Positions 39,378 to 48,571 of a stretch of 52,379 nucleotides of DNA are shown in pieces (position 1 is the first letter of the stretch; every line of letters begins with the position of its first letter). The DNA is taken from contig JAADGM010000077.1 of the NCBI GenBank assembly GCA_013152375.1, positions 1-52,379 of the forward strand. Reading direction: 5' to 3'. The position numbers and the translations under genes are program-made. The notes under the pieces are model-generated. The model made no database searches. It saw only the letters and a program-made list of their open reading frames with translations, and had not been told where the DNA came from. This stretch comes from FCB group bacterium (lineage in GTDB: Bacteria > Fidelibacterota > Marinisomatia > SCGC-AAA003-L08 > JACNLC01).

Positions 39378-41168
39378 ATGCGCAATCCCAGAAATATCCT
39401 CAGTGGTTTTCTGATATTGGTTCTGTTTTCCGGTCTGGTCTGCGGGGCCGAGCAGTACGTGTCCAGTGTTATTTTTAAAGGCAATGACTCCTTTTCGGCA
39501 AGGACCCTGACAAAATATATCAGGCTCAAACCCAAGGGCATATTCAAGCAGTCCGTTTACAGCCCCCGGGCGTTGAAGCTGGATGTGATCTCACTGCGGA
39601 CCTTTTATCAGTCCGAAGGCTTTATGGATGTAGCCATCGAATCGGAGATTAAAGTGTCGGATGAGCAGTTTATAGATATTTACCTGACCATTTCCGAAGG
39701 GCATCGATATACCGTCAATTCCCTGCAGATTTTTGGCGATCACCTCTTTACAAAAGAGAAAATCCTGAAAATCCTGGATATCCGCGCTGGGGATGTTTAC
39801 AATCCCGCCAAACTGACCTCGCAGATCAAGACTCTCGAAAACGAGTATCTGAAAAACGGTAAATTGCTGAATTCCATTGCAGATGAAATCGAAGTGCAAT
39901 CCGGCAAGGTAAATATCCGCATCAACATTTCCGAAGGAGCGACCTATTATATCGGTGACATAACAATTTCGGGTTTGTCCAGGGTTTCGGAAAAATACGT
40001 CCGCAGGGAACTGATCGTGAAACCCGCAGAGCTTTACAATATTTCGAAAATTGAAAAATCTCAACGCCGCATATTTTCCTCAGGACTGTTCAGTTCCGTG
40101 GAGATCTATCCGGTCGTTGCGGCCGAAAATGAACACCTTGTCAACATCAATATCAAAGTCCGCGAATATGATGCCCGAAACGTCCAATTCGATTTCGGTA
40201 TTGGACAGGAAGCCTCTACACTCGGTGCAGGAGCACCCCCGGCCACCGTTATCGGGGTTGAAGGGAAATGGCTGCCAGGTGCTCTTTTTAACACCGCAAA
40301 CCGGATCGAACTGGGCGGGCAGATCGGCGTGCGGGTGGACCAGCAAATGTCTTTCCTGCCGTGGAATATTTATGTAAACTGGTTCAATCCCTGGCTTTTT
40401 GGTTTCAGGGTACCCGTGCGATTAAAATATATTTACGAAGAATTAAAAGATGAATTTGCGTTAAGCCGCCAGGGGATTGAAATGTCCCTGCTTTATAAAC
40501 AGGGAGAGAGCTACAATTTTGTGGGGGGATTCAAACTCGAAGACATCCGCACAAAGGGCGACACCACGGTCGTCAACACTTCCCTTGAGCTCGACCGGAA
40601 GATCAATTTCAGTTTTTTCCGTCAGAAACTGGATAATTTCATCATGCCGACCTCGGGTTATTTCTACTCAATCTCGCTGGATTTGAACGGTACCTTTCTC
40701 GGTGGCAGTAAACATTTTCTGAAATTCGACAGTGAAATCAAGAAATTTTACCCGCTCGGGAATAACAGCACTTTCGGACAGCGAATAAAACTGGGATATC
40801 TGCATATCTTCCCCAAAAGCACTGAGAGTGATCTTGAATTCTATGATAAATTCTGGTTGGGGGGCAATACTTCGCTGCGCGGCTGGAATTCCCCCAAAGC
40901 CTACAATCCTTACGGCGCGCTGATTCGGCTGCAGTACAACGCCGAAGTACGGTTTCCCCTGTATAAAAAACTCGGCGCGGAAGTTTTCTTTGACAGCGGA
41001 AAACTGACCGATTCATTTGATAAAGACATCCTGTCCAACTGGAGCTGGGACACGGGTGCCGGGGTCACCTTTCTAACCCCAATCGGCCCGGCGCGCATCG
41101 ATGTGGCCTATCCTTTTGCAAAAAAGGTGCAGCCGGTCGTCCTGCTCTCGCTGCTGTTCATGTTTTAA
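39378..41168 (+). CDS. Omp85 family outer-membrane protein (TamA/BamA-like) with POTRA domains
   Basis: Signal peptide; POTRA motifs (FKGN, YQSEGF, I.EG..Y, SGLFSSV); barrel motifs GGNTSLRGW, AEVRFP, TPIGPARIDVA; C-terminal Phe. Confidence 0.92.
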   Translation: MRNPRNILSGFLILVLFSGLVCGAEQYVSSVIFKGNDSFSARTLTKYIRLKPKGIFKQSVYSPRALKLDVISLRTFYQSEGFMDVAIESEIKVSDEQFIDIYLTISEGHRYTVNSLQIFGDHLFTKEKILKILDIRAGDVYNPAKLTSQIKTLENEYLKNGKLLNSIADEIEVQSGKVNIRINISEGATYYIGDITISGLSRVSEKYVRRELIVKPAELYNISKIEKSQRRIFSSGLFSSVEIYPVVAAENEHLVNINIKVREYDARNVQFDFGIGQEASTLGAGAPPATVIGVEGKWLPGALFNTANRIELGGQIGVRVDQQMSFLPWNIYVNWFNPWLFGFRVPVRLKYIYEELKDEFALSRQGIEMSLLYKQGESYNFVGGFKLEDIRTKGDTTVVNTSLELDRKINFSFFRQKLDNFIMPTSGYFYSISLDLNGTFLGGSKHFLKFDSEIKKFYPLGNNSTFGQRIKLGYLHIFPKSTESDLEFYDKFWLGGNTSLRGWNSPKAYNPYGALIRLQYNAEVRFPLYKKLGAEVFFDSGKLTDSFDKDILSNWSWDTGAGVTFLTPIGPARIDVAYPFAKKVQPVVLLSLLFMF

Positions 41169-41368
41169 AGTTCAGGGATACCCTTCCATTCCCGACAATT
41201 ATTTCCGACCGGCAGCTGCAAAAACCGGTTTTCGAAAATTTTCCCTATTTTATCCGGAACTTTGGGAAATCTGTCATGTTATTGGGTAGCTTCGATGCTT
41301 TAAATTTCGTGACATTTTTATCCGTCTATATCCGGCAATGCCGGACTACGCCGGACAGGACGATTTGG

Positions 41369-41436
41369 TTAATTCTCCGGGGCTTGCCCCGGGATTTTGG
41401 GTCCAGGGCTTGCCCTGTGGTTAATACCAATTTATT
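41369..41436 (+). repeat. Hairpin repeat, copy 1 (two GGGC-TT-GCCC hairpins plus TGGTTAATACCA tail)
   Basis: CCGGGGC-TT-GCCCCGG (41377-41392), CAGGGC-TT-GCCCTG (41404-41417); 41413-41436 matches 45911-45934 at 23 of 24 nt. Confidence 0.7.
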
Positions 41437-41454
41437 ATTAAGACGAAAGAGGTT

Positions 41455-41949
41455 ATGATGAAAAAATATATGCTTTTTGCAATAGTTATTTTCGCCTTCA
41501 TGGGCTGCAGTAAAAATGACGCCGCGGTCGACGAACATTTCAACAAAGCCCTGGAATTCAGGCAGAATGAAAAAATTGGAGAATCCATCACTGAACTTGG
41601 CGCAGTGATCAAGGATTCCCCCGAAAATCCCCGAGCCGCCGAAGCGCAGTTTGAAATAGGGAAGATTTATTTGAATGATGTGAAAGACTATGAGATCGCC
41701 ATCGAAGAATTTCAAAAAGTCATTGACCAATATCCTGAGTCTGAATTTGCTCCCAAAGCCCTTTTTATGATCGGTTACATCGAGGCTAACAATCTTCAGG
41801 CTTACAGCGACGCCTTAGAAGATTATCAAAATTTTATCAAGCAGTATCCGGACCATGAACTGGTTCCTTCTGTGCAGTATGAATTGGACTCAATGAGTGA
41901 GGTGAGTGATAAAATCGTTGAATTGAATTCAAGAACACGGGAAAATTAA
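41455..41949 (+). CDS. TPR-repeat lipoprotein (BamD/CpoB-like)
   Basis: Lipobox FMGC; TPR repeats (AAEAQFEIG, AIEEFQKVIDQYPES, APKALFMIG). Confidence 0.85.
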   Translation: MMKKYMLFAIVIFAFMGCSKNDAAVDEHFNKALEFRQNEKIGESITELGAVIKDSPENPRAAEAQFEIGKIYLNDVKDYEIAIEEFQKVIDQYPESEFAPKALFMIGYIEANNLQAYSDALEDYQNFIKQYPDHELVPSVQYELDSMSEVSDKIVELNSRTREN

Positions 41950-41967
41950 TCGGAGGAATGTGCACCA

Positions 41968-42963
41968 ATGGAAAATTTTGACCTTACCGGATTAAATGAG
42001 AAGATCAAATCTGAATCGACCTTTATTGACAAACTAAAGGCTGAACTATCTTCCGTGATCATCGGGCAGGACGAGTTGATCAATAAGCTGGTGATTGCTT
42101 TATTATCCAATGGTCATGTCTTTCTGGAGGGGGTTCCGGGCTTGGCCAAAACACTCACAGTGAGCACTCTTGCGAGTTTGATCGACACCCAATTCCAAAG
42201 GATTCAGTTTACCCCCGACCTGCTTCCGGCCGATTTGCTGGGTACGCTGATCTATAACCCGAAGGATGCCAATTTCGAGGTTAAAAAAGGCCCCGTGTTT
42301 TCCAACATTATTCTGGCGGATGAAATTAACCGGGCACCGGCCAAGGTTCAGAGCGCACTGCTCGAGGCCATGCAGGAGCGTCAGGTCACGATTGGGGAGT
42401 CCACCTTTCCCCTGGATGAACCCTTTCTGGTGATGGCCACGCAGAACCCCATCGAACAGGAGGGTACTTACCCATTGCCTGAGGCCCAGGTGGACCGCTT
42501 TATGTTCAAAATTTTAGTTGATTATCCCAGTGAGACCGAAGAGCTGCAAATTCTCCAGAGGATGGGTAATATCACCAATCATATTGAAGTAAAACCGGTA
42601 GTGAGTGCAGCCGAGATCCTCAGTGCCCGCAAAGTCGTGGATCAGATCCACACCGCAGAGAACATCCAAAAGTACATTGTCTCCCTGGTGATGGCAACCC
42701 GTGATCCGGAGCAGTACGGTCTCAACGACCTGGCACCGCTGATCAGCTTCGGGGCTTCTCCCAGGGCCTCGATTTTCATTGCTACAGCCTCTAAAGCCCG
42801 GGCTTTTGTAGCCCATCGCGGTTATGTCATCCCTGAAGATATCCGGGACGTGAGCCGGGCAATCCTGCGCCACCGTATCCTGCTGACCTTTGAAGCAGAG
42901 GCCGAAGATGTCACTACTGAAGACATCATAACCCGCATCTTCGAATCAGTTCCCACACCCTAA
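41968..42963 (+). CDS. moxR: MoxR-family AAA+ ATPase
   Basis: GVPGLAKT, RIQFTPDLLPAD, LADEINRAPAKVQSALLEAMQE, ATQNPIEQEGTYPLPEAQ-DRF. Confidence 0.96.
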   Translation: MENFDLTGLNEKIKSESTFIDKLKAELSSVIIGQDELINKLVIALLSNGHVFLEGVPGLAKTLTVSTLASLIDTQFQRIQFTPDLLPADLLGTLIYNPKDANFEVKKGPVFSNIILADEINRAPAKVQSALLEAMQERQVTIGESTFPLDEPFLVMATQNPIEQEGTYPLPEAQVDRFMFKILVDYPSETEELQILQRMGNITNHIEVKPVVSAAEILSARKVVDQIHTAENIQKYIVSLVMATRDPEQYGLNDLAPLISFGASPRASIFIATASKARAFVAHRGYVIPEDIRDVSRAILRHRILLTFEAEAEDVTTEDIITRIFESVPTP

Positions 42964-43086
42964 ACCGGTATCCATGGCCACTCCATTCATGTGCCGCCTT
43001 AACATTTCCGTCCATTTGTGGCTGCTGAAACATTTTTCAACTGAGGAATATTCTCCCTTATATCAGCCGCGAAATTCAGTGGAGAA

Positions 43087-43974
43087 TTGAATAATTTGCT
43101 GATTCCTGCTGAAATATTAAAAAAAGTCAAGCTCATTGAGATCCGCACGCGCAGGCTGGTGAACAATTTGTTCGGGGGTGAGTACCATTCCGCCTTCAAG
43201 GGTATGGGAATGGAATTTGCCGAAGTCCGGGAGTATATGCCCGGGGATGATATCCGCAATATCGACTGGAACGTCACCGCCCGGACCGGTAAACCGTATA
43301 TCAAAAAATACGAGGAAGAACGCGAATTGACGGTAATGCTGGTGGTGGATGTGAGCGCTTCAGGGTATTTCGGTACGGGCTCGGCCCTGAAAAGTGACAT
43401 AATGGTAGAGATCGCCGCTATCCTCAGTTTCAGTGCCATCAAGAACAATGACAAAGTAGGACTGCTGCTTTTCTCCGATCAGGTGGAAAAATTCATCCCG
43501 CCGAAGAAAGGCAAAGCCCATGTCATGCGGGTTGTCCGGGAGTTGATCTATTACAAGGCGGAAGACCGCAAAACCGATATTACCGGGTCCCTGGAATACC
43601 TGTTGAAAATGCTCAAACGGCGGTCCGTGATTTTTCTGATCTCGGACTTTCTGGACGATGGTTTTGAATCCCTGCTGAAGTTCGTCAACCATAAGCATGA
43701 TCTCATTTGCATCCAACTGAATGATAAGGCCGAACTGGATCTGCTGAATATCGGCCTGGTCAAACTGCACGATGCCGAGACCCAGTCCTTTCACTGGGTG
43801 GACACAACGTCTCCCCGGTTTGCCGAAATGATGCGGACAGCCGTAGAGGAACGCCTAAGTAAATATCGCAGATTCTGTAAGAAAAACGAGATTGATCTGA
43901 TCTCCATCAACACCGCCGAAAGTTATATTGATCCGCTGGTGAATTATTTCAACCGCCGTACCGCCCGAAAATGA
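43087..43974 (+). CDS. DUF58 domain protein (MoxR partner, vWA-like)
   Basis: GMEFAEVREY-PGDD-R-IDWNVTAR, EEERE, DVSAS, ISDF. Confidence 0.94.
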   Translation: MNNLLIPAEILKKVKLIEIRTRRLVNNLFGGEYHSAFKGMGMEFAEVREYMPGDDIRNIDWNVTARTGKPYIKKYEEERELTVMLVVDVSASGYFGTGSALKSDIMVEIAAILSFSAIKNNDKVGLLLFSDQVEKFIPPKKGKAHVMRVVRELIYYKAEDRKTDITGSLEYLLKMLKRRSVIFLISDFLDDGFESLLKFVNHKHDLICIQLNDKAELDLLNIGLVKLHDAETQSFHWVDTTSPRFAEMMRTAVEERLSKYRRFCKKNEIDLISINTAESYIDPLVNYFNRRTARK

Positions 43975-44849
43975 TCAGAGCCTGCTTACTGACACTGCTG
44001 TTAACAGTAACCGCTTTTACTCAGGTTCGTCTCGAGACGGAGATAAGCCCTGACACCATAACCGTTGGTGACCATGTGAAGTTGACCGTCACTGCTGAAG
44101 TCCCCGGGGGACAGGTCGTTAATTTTTTAGAGCTGCCTGCAGATTCGGGAAGCTATCAGATCATTGATAAACAACTCACGGAAAATTCAGTAACCTATGT
44201 GATCACATTCTGGGAAACCGGCAAAACCGTGATACCGGGGATTCCCGTACAGGTACTTGAAGACGGTAAACTCATTACTACTTTATCAACTGATCCTCTG
44301 CCGGTGGAGATCATGAGCGTGCTGGACCCCTCGGCCAAGGACATCCGGGAGATCAAGGGAATGCAGGATGTGCATCTCACAAAAGGCTGGATACAGCTTC
44401 TCTACGGCGTGAGCGCCCTGCTCTCTTTTCTCATTGCCCTGCTGCTCTGGCGCCGCCGGGTCAGGGTCATGAAAAAAGCCGAAAAATGGGTCGCACCGCC
44501 TGATCCCCCTCATGTTCTGGCCAAAAACAGGCTTGAAGCATTATCGTCTCCCTATCCGCTGACGAGTGAAACGGCTGAGAAATATTATCTTGAACTTTCA
44601 GGCATCTTCAGGAAATACCTGGAGGACGAGTTTTTTATCAAATCGCTGGAGATGACGACCACCGAATTAATGAATTACCTGGACGTCATGAAGCTTGATC
44701 CGGATGTGAAGCAAAGAACGATTCAGCTGCTGGAAAAATCAGACCTGTCAAAATTTGCCCGTCACGTTCCGGCACCGGAGCAATTCGAAAATGACAAAGT
44801 GCTGACCGCAGACCTCATTGATGCTTATCATGCGATGGCACAGGTTTAA
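43971..44849 (+). CDS. Bat-locus membrane protein (Ig-like periplasmic domain, TM, helical C-terminus)
   Basis: Signal peptide, ITVGD, DIREIK, TM helix, YY-ELS-IFR-YLE, EMTT-E, DL-KFAR; typical third gene of moxR-DUF58 operons. Confidence 0.75.
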   Translation: MIRACLLTLLLTVTAFTQVRLETEISPDTITVGDHVKLTVTAEVPGGQVVNFLELPADSGSYQIIDKQLTENSVTYVITFWETGKTVIPGIPVQVLEDGKLITTLSTDPLPVEIMSVLDPSAKDIREIKGMQDVHLTKGWIQLLYGVSALLSFLIALLLWRRRVRVMKKAEKWVAPPDPPHVLAKNRLEALSSPYPLTSETAEKYYLELSGIFRKYLEDEFFIKSLEMTTTELMNYLDVMKLDPDVKQRTIQLLEKSDLSKFARHVPAPEQFENDKVLTADLIDAYHAMAQV

Positions 44850-44903
44850 ATGAGATAATATCCGCTTAACGGAATTTTCCCGTTATCAGAGAAAGGACCT
44901 AAA

Positions 44904-45512
44904 ATGCTGATTGAAATACATTCCGACACTCCGGGAGTGCGACGCACCCAAAGGGCTGTCGAGGCCCTGAAAAACGGAGAACTGATCGTTTATCCGACCG
45001 ATACGCTTTATGGTGTCGGCTGCGACATTCATTGCAAGTCAGCCATTGAAAAAATCTATGCGCTGAAATTCATGGACAAGAAAAAGCCTCTGAGCATCCT
45101 TTGTAAAGATTTTACGCAGATCGCAGAGTACGCCCATATTTCCAACTATGCCTTCAAGATCATGAAAAAACTCCTGCCCGGTCCTTTCACGGTAATCTTG
45201 CCGGCCTCTAACAAGGTCCCCAAAATGCTGGTCACGAAGCAGCGCACAATCGGTATCCGCATACCGGACAATACTTTCGCTTTGCAGCTGGTGGAAGGTC
45301 TGGGTGCGCCCATCATCACCACAACACTTGAAACGGACGAGGAAATGATCATCTCCGATCCGGAGGAAATACATGACCGCTTTTCAAACCAGATCAGTCT
45401 GGTCTTTTCCGAAGGGGTTTCTTACTCCGACCCATCTACAGTCATCGATCTCACAGGGCCTGAGTTGGTAGTCCTGCGGGAAGGGAAAGGGCATATCGGC
45501 GGCGCTGAGTGA
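44904..45512 (+). CDS. YrdC/Sua5-family protein (threonylcarbamoyl-AMP synthase family, YciO-like)
   Basis: YPTDTLYG-GCD, LLPGPFT, IGIRIPD, PSTVIDL, LREGKG. Confidence 0.9.
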   Translation: MLIEIHSDTPGVRRTQRAVEALKNGELIVYPTDTLYGVGCDIHCKSAIEKIYALKFMDKKKPLSILCKDFTQIAEYAHISNYAFKIMKKLLPGPFTVILPASNKVPKMLVTKQRTIGIRIPDNTFALQLVEGLGAPIITTTLETDEEMIISDPEEIHDRFSNQISLVFSEGVSYSDPSTVIDLTGPELVVLREGKGHIGGAE

Positions 45513-45513
45513 G

Positions 45514-45638
45514 AGAAAATGAACGGATTGGAGTGTCCAGAGAACCCGTCACCTTTTCGTCCCCTCCTGATGTTGACGGCAGGTAGAATCACGCTCCGGC
45601 GGACAAGACCGCCTTCTCGACAATCCTGCACATCCTCT
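45514..45638 (-). ncRNA. Candidate structured RNA element (unassigned)
   Basis: On the minus strand AGAGGAUG/CAUUUUCU, GGAUUG/CAAUCC and GAGAA/UUCUC nest and enclose GGCGG/CCGCC and CCGUCA/UGACGG hairpins; no family recognised. Confidence 0.3.
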
Positions 45639-45892
45639 TAATTCCGGTACTTCCCGGGACCATCGGGAAAATCAAAGGTTGTTAAATATTCCCGGGAATC
45701 ACTAAACTAACCCCTCGAAACCGTATTTATTTTGTGGCTGACGGTCAGGTTGTCGGCTTTCCACCTGCCTGCGACAAAAGGCCCGGCTTTCTTATCATTT
45801 TGTCACTGCCCGATTTCAGACACACTCGATATTTTGAACATTGATTCCGTGAAAACGAATAGATCCCGGCAATTGCCGAAAGAGAAGATTTA

Positions 45893-45934
45893 TTAATTCC
45901 CAGGGGCTTCCCCTGTGGTTAATACCAACTTATT
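45893..45934 (+). repeat. Hairpin repeat, copy 2
   Basis: TTAATTCC-CAGGGG-CTT-CCCCTG-TGGTTAATACCAACTTATT, homologous to 41369-41436. Confidence 0.7.
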
Positions 45935-45952
45935 TAAGAAAGGATCGGTACC

Positions 45953-46555
45953 ATGGAAAAATCAATTCATCCCGACAACAAATACTACACGGCACAATTA
46001 CTCGTTCTTGCCACCATTTCAGGTTTCTGTCTGCTGACAGCAGGGGTCATACAGTTTATACTTAGTTTTTCAGAACCTGATCCAATTATCATGAAGGTGA
46101 TCTGGCTGGTTAGCACCGGGTCCGTCGCTGCTCTGTGGATTGTCTCATTTCCGATAATTTATTTTTGGATTAAAAACCTCAAGTATGTCATCCACGATGA
46201 TCGTATCACCATTCACAAAGGTATTCTGACCAAGAAGTATCAGAACATTCCCTACCGCTCCATTACGGATTTTGTGTTAAAGAGAGGACTTTATGAACGT
46301 CTCCTGGGAATTGGTTCAGTCCAGATCCAGACCGCCGGGCAGTCACCGTCGGCATCCGGGTATGAAGGCAGTCTTTCCGGTCTGAGGGAGTATGATGTGA
46401 TCCACACCGAGCTGAGAAATAAAATAAAATCGTTACATCCGGTTTCCATATCTGCAAGTGCTGATGACTCCAAGCCGACATCCGATGCAGATCTTCTCGT
46501 ACAGATACTCGATGAAGTGAGACAGATCAGAAAGAATACCGCAACAAAACCCTGA
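45953..46555 (+). CDS. Membrane protein with bacterial PH domain (YdbS/bPH_2-like)
   Basis: Two TM helices followed by Y-I-DD-I-I-KGIL, IPY--I, GL-ER-LGIG-V-IQTAG. Confidence 0.85.
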   Translation: MEKSIHPDNKYYTAQLLVLATISGFCLLTAGVIQFILSFSEPDPIIMKVIWLVSTGSVAALWIVSFPIIYFWIKNLKYVIHDDRITIHKGILTKKYQNIPYRSITDFVLKRGLYERLLGIGSVQIQTAGQSPSASGYEGSLSGLREYDVIHTELRNKIKSLHPVSISASADDSKPTSDADLLVQILDEVRQIRKNTATKP

Positions 46556-46611
46556 TATCAGCAACGATTCATAGTTCTGTCACAGCGGTGAGCCCGTGCT
46601 CCAAACGGGTA

Positions 46612-47964
46612 TCAGGGGGCCAGGTGATCGATGATGAATTGCTGAACTTCAGGGTAGCTGGGTATGTTTTTATGGAGGTATGGTCCCGTTAAAAAATGAC
46701 CTTCCGGCGGGAGATGTCTCAACTGCTGGTCCAGAGAAACCGTGCCGTCTCCGTCAGTGTTGAAATAATAAGATTCCCTGATGAATTTGTGATCCACAAA
46801 ACGAATACCCTCTCCATTTTTCGAGGGGTTCCCCTTCACTCGTCCCGCCGATAACGTCGGCTCTCCGGTGCCGGCGATAATATACTGTTCCGTGCTCAGG
46901 CGGGCCTGATCCAGCTGCTGCAGTGCGGTCTGAAAGCGGAAACCCCTGTCCAGAGCGGCCCCGATGAAACTCTCGAACTCCAGCAGCAGTCTCTGTGATC
47001 TCTCATCGCCGTCATGGGGATAGAGCAGCGAACATTCCCTCTGAAAATATTTCCAGTCGGAGCTGCTGAAAATGCTGAAACCGTTGGCTTCCCACGCTCC
47101 CAGACGAAACAGATTCAGCTCGACCGGTTTGCCCCGCTCCGTCATGAAGGACTGATATTGGGGCAGGGGTATCAGTTCATAAAGGGACGGCATGGTGAAG
47201 GTGGCCCATTTGGACACCGTGACGAAGGGCATGATAAACTCGCCTTCATTAAGCGATTTCAAGGCATTCATGGAGCCGTCATGGGGTGTGCCGAGATAGA
47301 AGATACGGCTCACGTTCCCGGCGCCGGCATAGGTAGGCTCCGGGAGTTCATCAGCTTTAAAGTCTGAAATAACATCCTGATCGCCGTAGAGCAGGTAATA
47401 TTTGGCAATCACACCGCCCATACTGTGAGCGATGATGGTGACTTTCTGCCGGGGATTTTCCGAAACCTGCTGGATTTGGCGGATCCTTTCAGCCAGCAGC
47501 TGAGCCGTCTCCACCAGATCCCGGCGCCAGTCATAGGGGAAAAGATAGACATTCTCCTGCTGGCGGCAGCGCTCAATATCACCGGGTTTCAGTCCACATC
47601 GGCTGAAAGCGTTGACCAGATCACGATACACTTTGACTTCTCCGATGCGGTTGATGATCTCAAATTCCGTGAGGATCGATTTGGGAACCAACCGGTCCCG
47701 GTTGGCGGTAATAGGGTGCCGGTCTGTGGGCAGTTCCAGGCCGTCCAGTGCCGTATCCAGCAGAGCCCGATGGGGGTCCACAGCCCGCAGGTTGATCATT
47801 TTGCCCCAGACCATATTCCCGGTGACCGGGTCCACCAGCTGGGTACCCATGATACCCGGAATGATGATGATGGGTGTCCCGGTGTGGACGGTCAACGGGC
47901 GCAGCTGTCTCGGAGCACACCCCGATTGTACAGCTAACAAAATGATGAATACAAGCATTCGCAC
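46612..47964 (-). CDS. Lipoprotein alpha/beta hydrolase, LCAT/lipase-like
   Basis: Lipobox-like QSGC; IIPGIMGT-L, FPYDWRR, nucleophile AHSMGG, LGTP--GS, GDGTV, C-terminal His. Confidence 0.85.
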   Translation of the reverse strand: MRMLVFIILLAVQSGCAPRQLRPLTVHTGTPIIIIPGIMGTQLVDPVTGNMVWGKMINLRAVDPHRALLDTALDGLELPTDRHPITANRDRLVPKSILTEFEIINRIGEVKVYRDLVNAFSRCGLKPGDIERCRQQENVYLFPYDWRRDLVETAQLLAERIRQIQQVSENPRQKVTIIAHSMGGVIAKYYLLYGDQDVISDFKADELPEPTYAGAGNVSRIFYLGTPHDGSMNALKSLNEGEFIMPFVTVSKWATFTMPSLYELIPLPQYQSFMTERGKPVELNLFRLGAWEANGFSIFSSSDWKYFQRECSLLYPHDGDERSQRLLLEFESFIGAALDRGFRFQTALQQLDQARLSTEQYIIAGTGEPTLSAGRVKGNPSKNGEGIRFVDHKFIRESYYFNTDGDGTVSLDQQLRHLPPEGHFLTGPYLHKNIPSYPEVQQFIIDHLAP

Positions 47965-48214
47965 TGAAGTAAATTAAGACTAATTTGATATATGATGGGG
48001 TTATCATCCTGGGCTGGCTGGTGCTCGCTTTTGGGGTGGGTTTATGATTTCACGAATTGGAGATCTGCGTGGCTCGGTTTTATCGTCGCAGACCGGGACT
48101 GCCGGAATCAGCGCAACTTACGCTGCACATCGACGCAGGGTGAACGCAAAAAACGGAAACAAGGCCCTGGCCCAATGGGGATACGATCCTGACCCCTGAA
48201 ATGTACCGGTTTTT

Positions 48215-48279
48215 ATTTAACCCCTTCAGGGTTGATCGCCGGTTATTACCTTCTATTCATATTCAACCCCTGCGGAGTT
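48215..48279 (+). repeat. Pair of REP-like imperfect palindromes
   Basis: ATTTAACCCCTTCAGGGTT (48215-48233) and ATTCAACCCCTGCGGAGTT (48261-48279), direct repeats 46 bp apart. Confidence 0.55.
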
Positions 48280-48571
48280 TTATCACCGTGAATCAGTGTA
48301 ATCGAGATCCGGCACAATCCACCTGGCGAACAACCTGCGCCAGGAAAAGTACAGAGAAGCTATGTCATCTCTTTGGGATTTTGATCATAATCCGATGACC
48401 GTGTTTTGCCAGTTGTTGAAAGCCTCTGAAGCCTAAGTTGGCGATCATTATTCCATATCAGGGGGTAGTGACTCCCTCCGGCTCACACTTGTCAGGGGGA
48501 GAGGATATTCGGAGTGGTTATTGGATTTAATGCCGAATATTAATGGCTAAGCAGCCCACAAGTGCACTGGC

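Noticed and set aside
45514-45638. Assignment of the structured element as 6S, SRP or tRNA-Sec
   Set aside because: Too short and too branched for 6S; lacks the SRP helix-8 motif and a tRNA T-loop/acceptor arrangement.
47992-48398. Two short plus-strand ORFs (66 and 65 aa), or a degenerate CRISPR array
   Set aside because: No motifs or clear RBS; only two full repeat units and no cas genes.
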